62,973 nt of DNA, filler included, from Dimargaris cristalligena (GCA_003614675.1; 17 parts of 17 records of this genome joined end to end with filler, not necessarily neighbours in it), one strand, 5' to 3'; shown: positions 25,401-37,421, counted from the whole stretch's first letter. Numbers and translations: made by a program. The notes: generated by a model not told the origin, from the letters alone.

Positions 25401-26026
25401 GCATGGTGCTCCTGGAATTATCTACGAGGCTGGAAGTCGGAGCTGGTTCTGATAGAAGATCCTGAGTGGGGAGTAACTCGGGTATGGCTGGGACATTGTG
25501 TGCAATATTGTTCATGGGCATATTAAGACCATAATCATTAAATTGTGAAGCAATGGAACTGGTCAGTGCATCAGTATAATATTGCGAATATTGATGGGCC
25601 GCAAGTACAGTATCCCAGATATTATTGTTGAGGTCGCCAGTAGGTCCCGGGTCCAGCGTGTTAGCCTGATCAGGGAGTAACTCGGGCATAGCCACATCAC
25701 CAGTCGGAATACCGAACCCAGAAAAATCAAACTCGGCATTGACAATTGGTTGGGCCGGTTGTGCGTCGTTCTTGGGGTTATTAGCGAGGTCACCAGTAGG
25801 ACCCGGGTCCAATACGTTAGCCTGGGCGGGGAGTAGGTCGGGCATAGGTGCATCATCGGTCGGAATACCAAACCCGGGAAAATCGAACTTGGCATTGGCA
25901 AATGGTCGGACAGGATCTGCACCATTCCCGGGATTATTAATGATGGCGCCAGTGGGATCCGGGTCCAATGCGTCAGTCTGAGCAGGGAGTAGCTCGGGCA
26001 TAGGCACATCATCAGTCGGAATACCG
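22406..26026 (-). CDS. Internal part of a large acidic Asn/Pro/Ala-rich tandem-repeat protein (open at both contig ends)
   Basis: Stop-free frame across the whole 3.6-kb contig. ~53-aa repeats (PTDD.PMPELLPAQ..LDP.PTG...NN) then 69-aa repeats (PAPTDALAN.P.N...ISPHPE..SN). Confidence 0.85.
23575..24210 (-). repeat. Three near-identical 207-bp coding tandem repeats
   Basis: Identical blocks recur at 207-nt spacing (e.g. 23702, 23909, 24116). Confidence 0.95.
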
Positions 26027-27190
26027 NNNNNNNNNNNNNNNNNNNNNNNNNNNNNNNNNNNNNNNNNNNNTTAATTAATTAANNNNNNNNNNNNNNNNNN
26101 NNNNNNNNNNNNNNNNNNNNNNNNNNCAATATTACTAGTTAAAACTACATTTCCCATATATTTTCCCATACACGTATAATGTAAACCCTTATATAGCTGG
26201 GGCGAATTTCACCCATATATTTCCAATCCATCGCTATTTCCCATTACGAACCCCTCGCCCAAGCAATAGGATATGGGAGAAGTTCATCCAGCCTGTATAG
26301 CAAAAAATACGTTGGATAAGGTAACTATTACTGGTCCAAAATGAGTATCCCACCTATTATCCTATACACATATCATTTAAACCCTTTTACAGCTGGGCCG
26401 AAATTCAGCCATATTTATAACCAGATGGCCAAATTGCCTATAATTTTTATAGTTAGTCTAGCATTTTGACTGGGCATAGCCATATTATAGCCCTCGGCTG
26501 GTCTGGGTGTGCAATAAACCACCTCGCCTTACTGTCCATCGAAGTAAGGCAGGAAGGGGGTTGTTATTTAATTGCCAAGTGTAATTATAGTAGGGGTTAA
26601 GTGTGGGTGGGTAAACAGTGTGCTCATAGGGTTACTATTGTATCTTCCCCACCTGGGTAGCATTAATACATAATTGTTGGTAGCTGCTCCCTTTTTGGGG
26701 GAAGCACGTGCCTCAATTGTGCGGTAGTCCCACCAGGTTCCCTTCTTGCCCTAGTTGGCCTAGTAGGGTCTCAATTAGCGCCCATTCCACTACTGAAGGG
26801 GGGGGGTATTTTCTATAGTTTCCCCCGCGCTGCGTCATTCTACCAACCTCCACCCCCTTGGGTGGCACGCGCCCCCTGTATATTACAATGGCCTGGATTC
26901 AATAGACGGCCCCTTCTCTCGAGCGACGAACGGACTCGGCTGGACATTTTTTGGGGGTTCATTGATATTCCCCGCCTCGCGCTTTTTCTTGGGTTATCTC
27001 TCCTCTCCACCACACCACCACTCTCGCCCGTTATCGCGTCTACTGCGGCCTGAGTTCCCCCCCCCGCTCCGAGACTATATACCCATCTCCTCATAACATT
27101 AATCCATTCTCTCATCTTTTTTTGCTTTCCCTGCATCTTGCTTGAGAATCTTCCTTTTCCATTTCTCTCTTTTTGATTCTATTTGACTGA

Positions 27191-27673
<483 letters not shown>

Positions 27674-28163
27674 ATCCACGGCCGTGTCCTCCTCCAGCCC
27701 CAACTGCGCCCTTTATTCCGTATATCTATGTACCGTTAGTCATTGTGAAATAGCTTCAACGTTTAATCCCCCTTCCCTCTCTCTGCCCTAAGAAAGACCT
27801 CCCTTACCAAGTCAGGCCGTCTTTCCCCCTTCCTCGGGTAGAGACAGTACCTGGGGTGTGCTCGTGTGTGCGCACCTTCTTTGCCACGGAGTATAGTTTA
27901 TTATCGACCTATTTCTCTTAAATAAACCCATTATAACCTCCTCCCCCTGGTACTTCACACCAGTCGGTGTAAGAATTCGTCCTAAAAACTTTAGTCCCGC
28001 CCATGGTACACCGTAAATATATATATTCCCATGAAGCAGATACTCATGTGACCCAAGGGTCAGTGCAAATCACTTTTATTTATTATTGAAATAGATGGCT
28101 TTAATTTGTAGTTATGCCACTGCCCAACAGTTTCGACCAAATCTCACCCCGGGATTTCATGGC

Positions 28164-29041
28164 TTAGTTGCTGCTATTTAAAGCGTGTTCGACGACCCGC
28201 TTGGCTGCTTCCGGGTTGACCTTGGTGGCTATAGATGATAGCCAATGATTAACAGAAGTTAAAGTGGATTTAGGGGTAGGATTAGTATACGCAGGTAAAC
28301 TGATTTCAGATGAGGAGAGAATCTACCAATAAACTCGGGAAGATGACTTTTGCCGGTGGTCTAATATAGACACGGCGATGGGTGAATGATCTATGACATC
28401 TGGAGAACTACCGGATTTCGTTTAAATACTATCGCTAAGTTATTACATAATTGCCGCTACTCCCAATATATATATATATATATAACCCCTCTAAAACGAA
28501 AAAGAAGAAATAATACTTACCGGGCTTCTGAGCAGCAGTGGCGCTAGTAGCCTTAATCTTGTTCATGTACAGCTTAATCCGTTTCTAATAGCAAGTACCG
28601 TGGGAGTTGGAGTAGGTCAGATGAACAGTGTGCGAAGAGGAAGGCGGGTTAGAAAATGTAGGAAAAAGTAAAAACCGGGACAGAATAAATAATCAGATAA
28701 TCGGCGCATTAGAAGAACAAAACTTCTTAACTTATCCGTTACTTGGTCGGCCAAAGTAATACCAACTTACCAGTTCTTTCATGACGGGATGGCTCGTAGG
28801 AGGGATACCGTTGATCTTGAGGTAGGCTGGCAAGCAGCAAGTAACCGCGCAAAGAAAAACCATTGAAGTACATAATAAAAGGCAAGGTTAGTGTTAAATA
28901 GTACAGATAAAGTATACAATACACCTACCATCAAACATAGGCCATCTCTCAGGCGAAAATTACCCACATTTCCACGTTCACGGCCCTCCATCGAACCTTC
29001 GGGTATTTAGGTTCAGAAAAGCGAAAGTCGCGAACAGCATT

Positions 29042-29081
<40 letters not shown>

Positions 29082-29296
29082 TGATTAAAAACGAAGGCCT
29101 TCGACCACTTACTCCAGTATAACGTGTTGATGCTGTAGGCCAATATGACTTGCAGCTGGGCCCGTTCTTCAGGGCTGAATTTACTCAGCGTTTCGGGTAG
29201 AGGGGCGGCCGTCAGGGGCTTGAGAAACTGGTTCAATTGGTCGACATTGTCTGACACTTCCTTGATGGCGTCTTTTAAATCAATGTTGGAAGACAT
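28164..29296 (-). CDS. LRP1: Exosome cofactor C1D/Rrp47 (Sas10/Utp3/C1D family); exons 29296-29113, 28826-28771, 28584-28521, 28228-28164; 122 aa
   Basis: Spliced product contains LAYSINTLYWTYLKINGIPPTSHPVMKELKRIKLYMNKIK...EAAKRVVEHAL. Three GTAAGT...AG introns keep the frame. Confidence 0.88.
29042..29080. repeat. Compound (AC)n(AT)n microsatellite in C1D intron 1
   Basis: Directly visible. Confidence 0.9.
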
Positions 29297-29688
29297 TTCG
29301 CGGTCCAGAAAAATAAAGATATATTGAACTAAGTGTAGCCAGAGAGGAACTGGACAATGTAAAAGGAGCGAATGGTAATAGACTAGTAGAGCTAATCGAG
29401 GGCTGATGCTGAAGAACAAAACGGTTGAAGGAAGCAATTGGATAAAACACGGGTAAATGTGCAGGTGGGAGCGGTCAATTTTTCGAAAACTAAAAATATA
29501 CTTCCATTTTCACGATCGATTTTTGGCCTAGGCGACTAAATCGGCCCTTCAGCATATTTGAACGTCTGTTAAGTAAAGGTCGATTTCTTCAAAGGAGAAA
29601 AAAAAGGAGGGACTAGAAACTGAGATCATGTGACCTTATTTAAAGGTATACTTAAAAAAGGTTATCCCCTCAAGGATGTAGTAAAGTA

Positions 29689-29742
29689 TGGAGGACCAGG
29701 GTATCGATCCCCGTGCCTCTCGCATGCTAAGCGAGCGCTCTC
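29689..29742 (-). tRNA. tRNA-Ala(AGC), 5' end cut by the contig edge
   Basis: Reverse complement GAGCG-CTCGC-TTAGCAT-GCGAG-AGGCA-CGGGG-ATCGATA-CCCTG-GTCCTCCA; anticodon arm and T arm intact. Confidence 0.9.
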
Positions 29743-30246
29743 NNNNNNNNNNNNNNNNNNNNNNNNNNNNNNNNNNNNNNNNNNNNTTAATTAATTAANN
29801 NNNNNNNNNNNNNNNNNNNNNNNNNNNNNNNNNNNNNNNNNNCCTTTCCCTTTTATTATCTATCTTTTCAAATAAAGTTCAGTTTTCAAGGATTTGAGTT
29901 CAGTTCTTTACAGGGTTAATACTGGGAGGTTTTATACATAGCTTTGTAGGAGGCATACTCCATGGGTTGGTGCAGGTCAATTTATATACCATTGTGCCTT
30001 GGTGGATCTTAGTTCATCTGCTGATGGGGTGGGTGTTATTGGGGGGTGTGCTTCCACGGTCCTTTATAGTTGAGCATCTTTGGGGTGTATCTCTATGGTT
30101 CTTTATGGGGTAATAGCTTGGTCATCTGTGGTCCTTTGTGGGTAGGGGTCCATTCCTTCCACAGTACCTTACAGTCCTTTGTAAGGTGTGGGTGGGTCTA
30201 TAGATGATAGGGGTACAGAGGCTTTCCTTTGAGAGACTGTTCAATA

Positions 30247-30259
30247 TGGTCCTCCACCA
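30247..30259 (-). promoter_or_regulatory. Primer-binding site complementary to tRNA-Ala(AGC)
   Basis: TGGTGGAGGACCA lies 1 nt after the LTR A end and is an exact 13-nt complement of the 3' end (+CCA) of the tRNA at 29689. Confidence 0.85.
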
Positions 30260-30260
30260 G

Positions 30261-30843
30261 TGTTGCCTGGGTTAACCACTCTTAGTTTGTCAAGAGTCCC
30301 GAGGATAGGCTTCTAACAGTAGGCAGGGCTTAGACTCTGCCAAGTGGGCTACTAGTGTTAGGATGGGGCATAGTGCTAACTAATAAAGGACAAGTGCAGT
30401 TAAATGTAAGGGACATGCAGTAGGCATACTTACTAGTTAGTATGAGGGAGTGAGTATATATGGAGTTTATTGGGGTAAACTAGGGGGTAAGAAATAAGCT
30501 AAGGCATCTAACCAGTCCCAAGGGGGCCTGGTTATATATACACAGGGACAACTCCAGAGGGAGGTCCCCAGGGGAAGGTACTTGTAAGGTTAATACTATG
30601 AGAAGTAAGCCAACCAGATAGTCATGAAGGCCTGGAAGACTCTAATGGTAACCAGAAGAGTCTTTGGATCACCTATTGAGTGATTAGTGTAAATAGGTGG
30701 AGTCTAGAAGGGGAAGGGTTATATGATATAGAAGGATCCCATAGTACTGGGGGAGACTATGGGAAGTTACATATGGTGCTATATGGCCTGTTCAGGATGG
30801 ACAATCACTCCACCAGGATTAAGTCAGATTAGAAGGGCCAATA
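30261..30843 (-). mobile_element. 5' LTR of a family A element, abutting and interrupting a copia gag
   Basis: Family A sequence followed by a PBS; the gag frame is cut after ...KPDKAH. Confidence 0.85.
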
Positions 30844-31649
30844 TGTGCCTTATCAGGCTTAGTTTTTCTACCATTTTTAAGATGGTTAGAGGTGCATTCA
30901 TTAGTACTATGAGAATATGCCTTATGAATATCACAGTAAAGATTCTCAACCTTTTGCTGACCCTTTCCCTTGTGTGTTTTGGCCTTAGGCCCATGACCTT
31001 TTGTTTGTATAGCAGATTTAATGACCTCAATATCAGAGTCATTTTGTGCAAGGTATTCTTTGGCCTCTAGAAAAGTTTGGCCTGCCTGCACATAGATGTA
31101 ATCCTTGATTGATTGGCTGTGCCATTGGGTCACGTGATGGTGATATTTGGGATCAACCACCTGGAGCAAGATGAGGGTTTTATATTAGTCCAACATCAGC
31201 TCAAACTGGCTAAGCTCCTCAGCCAAGGCATCAATTTTTGTGAGTAACTTATTGATACTTATGTTCCCCTGTTTCATGTGGTAGAGTTGAGCATGTAGTT
31301 GGGTTACTTTGGTTGAGGTAGTTTTGGCATACTGGCTCTCCAAGAATATCCACATATCTGATGCAGGACTTTCAGGATTGATGTTATTGTGGATTGACTC
31401 ACAGGTTGCTTGTCTGATGAGGTAGGTGGCTCTGTAGTCAGCCAGTCTTTTCTTTTCATAGTTGAGGTCATCTGTTTGATCCTTGCCTAATTTTTCCAAT
31501 TTGTTCTTGTCCTTGATGAAACCTGCTTTTATGATATACCACATGTTCTCCATGATGAGGAGGGAAACCATATCACCTACCCAGGTCTTGTAATTGGGAT
31601 CATGGAGAATAGGGAGAGGGATAGTGGTATTTGAGCTAAAGCTTGCCAT
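30844..31649 (-). mobile_element. Ty1/copia gag remnant
   Basis: PILHDPNYKTWVGDMVSLLIMENMWYII, ASDMWIFLESQYA and zinc-knuckle-like YCDIHKAYSHSTNEC; internal stop at 31185. Confidence 0.85.
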
Positions 31650-31753
31650 ATTGGGAGAGATGGAAGGATGGATGGATTGACTTATCCTAGTTAAAAGAGA
31701 AAAAGAGTATAGTTAAGCTTAAATTTTAATAGAAAGTTTTTTGGATGGATACA

Positions 31754-31976
31754 GGGCTCATAACCTGTTGGAGATGTATTCTAGATAGAATTCGCAATCT
31801 AATAAAATATATCAAAATAATAATAAGAGAGAAAAGCCGCAAAGAGATTCAGGAGAACCTCTTCACTTGGTTTTATTGAGTAATGACTGAATAGTTGATA
31901 ATAGAATGTAAATAAAGTCAGGTGAGTAAGATAATTATAAATGTGACCTCGGTTATGAGGTGTCCATTTTCTAACA
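31754..31976 (-). mobile_element. Copia 5' LTR (31766-31976, family C-like) with PBS GGTTATGAGCCC (31754-31765)
   Basis: TGTTAG...CCAACA, immediately followed by GGTTATGAGCCC and ~105 nt later by the gag ATG. Confidence 0.85.
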
Positions 31977-33118
31977 ATTACTAGTCAAGCTTTATGAATA
32001 AGGGATGGCACAGCTTGAATGTGGGATAATATACCAACCACAGCTGATATTTCTCGTGGTTCATTCGAGCTATTTCATAGTCAAAATATTTAGTTGATTT
32101 CAAAATGGCTACATGGTGCGGGATGATACTAGAAAGGGATAGAATTCAATTGTTAGCTCATTATCAAGTAGGAATATCCCAAGTGATGTAGGACCTTCTT
32201 GCAATGCAGCTATACTTACAGCTCGCTACTAAAATTATTGAATAGAGGGGCAGGCGAATCATTTCTAAATCAAATACATACATTACTTTAATCTAGCACT
32301 GTAGGTGTTTCAGACTGTTCCCATTGTCCAGCAATAAATTGGTTTTTAGTATCAGTATGACTTCGGCGTATATTTTTCTCTAACCTGCCTCCTTATATTG
32401 TCTCAATGAACATCGCCTTTTCATTTATATTTTTATTCCAAAGACTCGTTCTACCCTCGTCTAATTGCTTATTTCCTCATGATGCCCTCTTCTTTAGTAT
32501 CCCTGTGCTGCATGATGACCCTTTTACACTGCATGTTGGTCATTCAGTACCCTCCTGTCCTTTATATGACGATCGATCACTTGTTCTGGATTGGATTTTT
32601 CCACCATTTTCCCACCCCTTGTGTATTTATTTCGACCCACTACCACCAGCAAAGGTCCTTTCATCTAGTAACTTTTACAGACATGCCCTAACCCTCGTAA
32701 TATGAAACACTACATCTCCCTGCTTATAGCATCCTCCGTCGATATACTTTTTATAGGCTTATTTGTTCCCCCACTGCCTTACATATGTCCAATCCACTCC
32801 AATCACGAATAGTTGGCCAACTATTCATTTCAATGACCGTATAGGCGAGGTTCCATCCGGTTACAACACAAAAATATTGATTAAGCGGGCTTTGCTACTC
32901 AAAAGGCAGTTCACTTCCCAATTTCCCGGTTATATTAGAATCAAAAAGATAGATGGTTGTATCGAAATTCACCCCTACGAACGTTAAAGGAGATGGTTCG
33001 GATGTTATTTGGAACAAAATACAAAGGAGCTTTAAAGAGTAGCGACTAGGTTAATTTCTATACATGGGAAAGGTTCAACCGAGCTGTATAACAAAATATT
33101 TATTGGATAAAGCACATA

Positions 33119-33292
33119 TTACTGGTTAAAAACAAATATCCCATATGTTCCTGCGATCCCGGTCGGAGAGGCGGAACCGGATGTCGGTGGTTCGACAGTT
33201 CGACGATCGTCCCCTTTTTCGCCGGAAGCGGGTTTCGGGGGTCCCGACTTCGCCGAGTCACTTCGTACGATGTGTCCTTGGAACGGATTCAT
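33119..33292 (-). CDS. Putative 57-aa orphan peptide
   Basis: CpG-rich ORF within AT-rich flanks; ATATATA box ~55 nt upstream; no homolog recognised. Confidence 0.35.
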   Translation of the reverse strand: MNPFQGHIVRSDSAKSGPPKPASGEKGDDRRTVEPPTSGSASPTGIAGTYGIFVFNQ

Positions 33293-33556
33293 ATTTGAAT
33301 TAGAGGTAAGTGAATAAAGAGAATATTTTATTGTAAGAGACGGATGATATATATTGTAAACGGTATGGGAGTGAGTATTCAATGATGCTCTTCTCTTTCC
33401 TAGGCAGAAAACTGACGGGTTTTTGTATCCGTCGAGTCGCCATGTTCTCCTCGAGANNNNNNNNNNNNNNNNNNNNNNNNNNNNNNNNNNNNNNNNNNNN
33501 TTAATTAATTAANNNNNNNNNNNNNNNNNNNNNNNNNNNNNNNNNNNNNNNNNNNN

Positions 33557-33693
33557 AATGGGTTAAAAGGGAAGGGAAAAAAACTGGATATACCAGACAA
33601 AAAAGCCACTTCATACCTTATATATAAATATAATAAGTAAATAATAATTGTGCATACCTGTGGCAATTTAAGGGGACACTTCACCTTGCCACA
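33557..33693 (-). mobile_element. Terminus of repeat family G, apparently inserted in LTR D (second copy at 44670-44825)
   Basis: TGTGGCAAGGTG / TGTAGCAAGGTG start and shared CCAGA.AAAAAAGCCACTTCATACC block. Confidence 0.65.
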
Positions 33694-34480
33694 GCGGTCC
33701 TTCGGCAATACGGATGGGATCGGAGCTGTACTCGGAACCGGTACTGGGGTACAGCGGAATTAATTCCAGGTTGATGGATCCTATGCTCCCGTTGTCGGAG
33801 TTCGGACGATCCACGATGGCAGAGCTTAACAGAATGGTCGAAGGTAAAACAATATAAGATAACTAGTAAAAAGTGAAATCTTGACCTCCGGTTGAGATCT
33901 TCGATAACTGCTGAGGTAACACGCTGAGTGAAGTTAAAAGTAGATATTTATTCTGAATAATAAAAACTTATCTCCAAGATAACTTGCCATTTTAAAGGCC
34001 GACTTGGTACTACATATTTATAGCAACGTGTAGATGTGAACGTAAGCTCATACTAAGACTTTCGAACATTGTCCGCAGATAAACTAACCACCATAAAACC
34101 ACGAAGGGAAAAACTGGCGGGGTCTTCGAATTCAAACAATAGTCAAAAGGAGAAGGAAAGAAAAATAATGGAAATTGGAAGACAAAAGATGTCCTCGGAT
34201 CTTCCAATGTTCTCGTGTGAACAGTATATATATATATGTACGTGGAAACCTTGAGTTCCACTCGTAGGTCTCGGAGTACTCAATCCATGGAAGTGGAGTT
34301 ATTCACTTTCACCGTCCAGGAAGCGGAAAGGAACTCGTTTTCGGACGAGGATTGACCAACGTAGGTCTTCCGAATACTCGAGCAAGGGTGTAACTGTAGA
34401 ATGCGCAGGGATCACATGACGAAGGTCGTGACTAGTTTGTCTTATGGAGAGGATAATCCATCCCGACCCATGTCAGTACA
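33694..34480 (-). mobile_element. LTR family D, CpG-retaining copy
   Basis: Starts TGTACTGACATG and is an inverted match to 36612-37165; TATAAAT precedes AATAAA. Confidence 0.8.
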
Positions 34481-35405
34481 ACTAGCATTGCATTGGATTT
34501 ATCTAGCTATCAAACACCTCCACTCAAATTGAGAAAGGCCATATTTCTTCATGGATATACTGACTTTAAATCACCTCAGTCTCAGTCAGTCCAAAGTTGG
34601 CAGGGTGGCACAGGCAGCTTGGTTTAAACAAGTAAATCAGTAGTCACCCATTAAATGGACAGTAATTCACCATCAATGTAATGGACCCACCCAGAGAAAA
34701 ATCTGACCTAGTCTAGGTCAAATAATGCATCTTATATAGCTCCAATGCTGTTCTTTAAGACAATGTGAATTGTCAAAAGCTGAACCTATCTACCAATATT
34801 AAAATTGTCAAATACATTAGGATTTCACTTCAGCAATCTGCACCACAGATACTTAGTTAAGCCCTATAATTACCTATTCTTCCCGTAAGACTCACCACCA
34901 CCTCCAACTTTGATAATATTTATGATAACCAGACTATTGGCAACTGGGAAAAACACCTTCAAGACTGGTCCAATATATTCACTGACCAGAGAGCCTTGGA
35001 CTACCTAGCTCCAACCTTCTATAGATTAGTGCCTTTAGAGACCTGGGATACACTGCTAGAGGCCATTAAGCAGGCTGTGAGAACCAAGTACAAGAAATAT
35101 CTTGAGGGCATATGGCAGAGTAGATACAGGGTACCACACAAAGATTTAGAGGCTGCCCAAATCTATGATCAATTCTTGTCAGTGAATTGCTGTGGTAAAT
35201 ACCTCACTGACAGCCATTGAGTGGGGATTGACTTATCCAAGCTTTCCCCTGAGAAATTTAAGACAGAATTTCCCTTAGTTGCTGGTATTGATGAACACCA
35301 GCTATTTACTCTATGGAAACATGCCCTTTTTGTGATAATACTGGCAAACAGATACACTCTTAAATAACCCATAGATCTGACCTGTTAGTTCAAGAACCCA
35401 TTTCC

Positions 35406-35627
35406 AGTTGAAAAATTTGTTCCTATGTGTTTTTTATCCTATCCTATTTCATCTAATTATATTAGTTTATTCTGTTATCATGAGATTATTTATGTTAGCC
35501 ACTTATATTTCACCCCATTGAAAATACAGTTCAATAAAACTAACCACCTAGAGGCACCTACTATCCCCTAGCTGCTTTCTTCCCTTACTTCCAGTTTTAT
35601 TTCCTTTATATCCTTAGTATTCCAACA
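35406..35627. mobile_element. Solo LTR, family B
   Basis: Reverse-complement match to 4949-5171; ends in TCCAACA. Confidence 0.85.
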
Positions 35628-36611
35628 TGGGCTGGCCACTGCCATTGGGGGAACTCATGAACATGGCCCTGAGCCCATTTCTGTATGAGCCAGGACTTGT
35701 TGGCAGGTAGACTCATGAGTCCATGCAGAATTGCTGAGGGATCATTTGCTATCATTGTCAGGCAGTGGTCAATAAATTGAATTAGGAAGCCAGCAAAATT
35801 TTCATTGCAGTGAGAGTGGCCGTACATCAGGCATCCATCCAGACTAGTGTCATTGTCAAAAAAGTTGAGGGCATATGCATACTTGGTGAAATGCTAGCCA
35901 TCACGAAAACTAAAGGAAATTTCCAGGGTGGTGATAGTGGATGTCATTGACAGAAAATTATCATACATCATGATGGAGTCAAACAGTCAAACTTTGGGGT
36001 CAACCTTCCCCCATTTATAAATGTCAAGGAGACTGCACTGTTTGTAAGCAGGCATATTGATGGACTGTCTGTAAACCATTTGAACAAATTGGGTGAATGT
36101 TTGATCCAGGGCCAGACTAACACGAATAGGCAGAGTATTAATGCACATTCCTAACATATCCTGAATACCGGCTACTGGTACATTTCGACCAGAGTCCAGT
36201 CCACCGAAAGTAACCTCGTGGGTTTCACCGAGGTAGTGGGCTAGGGTGATTGCCCACAGGCCACGCAGCAGCGAGTTGAGAGTAACAAGCTAGTCATGGC
36301 AGAATTGGTGTAGAGTCGGTAAATCGACGGACAGGGTAAATCGGTGAGTTCCATAGTCGTAAGGGGGGATTCAGGATGGTAGACGGGGAACTGAATAGCC
36401 GGCGTGGGTTTGGTATTTTCGAGAGCAGATGCCCAGAATGTCTGACAGTCTGTTTGATCAATTTTCTGTAAATGTTCGATATAGGCGGCAAATGGGGTGC
36501 TGGGCGAAGTAGGGACGCCGTGGTACTGTCCGACGAGCTCATTGAGAATGACATTCACCGACCAGGCATTGAGTAGGGCATGGTGGAACACCAGGAAACA
36601 GATGTGATAAT
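35628..36611 (-). pseudogene. NRPS condensation-domain relic
   Basis: FHHALLNAWS (HHxxxD motif), FWASAL, LRGLWAITL, VTFGGLDSGRNVPV..IQDMLGMCINTLPIRV, LFDSIMMYDNF. Has a frameshift and stops, with LTRs at both ends. Confidence 0.9.
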
Positions 36612-37165
36612 TGTACTGACATGAGTCAGAATGGATTCTTCTCTCTACAGGACAAACTAGTCGCAACCTTCATTGTGTGATCCCTGCACATCCCACAGTT
36701 ACACCCTTGCATGAGTATTCAGAAGACCTATGTTGGTTAATCCTCGTCCGAAAACGAGTTCCTTTCCGCTTCCTTGTCAGTAAATGTGAATAACCCCGCC
36801 CTCATTGATTGACCACTCCGAGACCTACGAGTGGAACTTAAGGCTTCCACGTACATATATATATATACTGTTCACACGAGAACGTTGGAAGATCCGAAGA
36901 CATCTTTTGTCTTCCAACTTCCATTATTTTTCTTTCCTTCCTTTTCCGCTATTCGTTGAACTCGAAGACCCCGCCAGTTTTTTCCCTTCGCGGTTTTATG
37001 GCGGTTAGTCCATCTGCGGACGATGTCCGAAAGTCTTAGTATGAGTTTATGTCCACATCTACACGTTGCTATAAATATGTAGCACCAAGGCGGCCCTTAA
37101 AACGGCAAGTTATCACCGAGATAAGTTTTTATTAATCAGAATAAATATCTACCTTTAACTTCACT
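36612..37165 (+). mobile_element. LTR family D, truncated by the contig edge
   Basis: TGTACTGACATG start; inverted copy of ~33927-34480. Confidence 0.8.
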
Positions 37166-37265
37166 NNNNNNNNNNNNNNNNNNNNNNNNNNNNNNNNNNN
37201 NNNNNNNNNTTAATTAATTAANNNNNNNNNNNNNNNNNNNNNNNNNNNNNNNNNNNNNNNNNNNN

Positions 37266-37421
37266 GGCGACGGCTAGGAAGGTAAGGGTGAAGAGCAGGG
37301 CGATGAACGAAGCGTTCAGGGCTAAGTAGAGACCTCGATTGACGCCGGGCTCGAAAACGGAGTCGATGAGGTCTTGGGATATGGAATTGCTGCTGGGTGG
37401 GGCAGGGGTGTTCGAAGGCAT
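37266..37421 (-). CDS. PKR1: ER V-ATPase assembly factor Pkr1-like, N-terminal part (3' truncated)
   Basis: DLIDSVFEPGVNRGLYLALNASFIALLFTLTFL resembles the Pkr1 N-terminal S[IV]FxPG plus TM pattern. Confidence 0.7.

Noticed and set aside
29710..29716. ATCGATA T-loop lacking T54 in tRNA-Ala
   Set aside because: A54 is a known feature of eukaryotic cytosolic tRNA-Ala; not novel.
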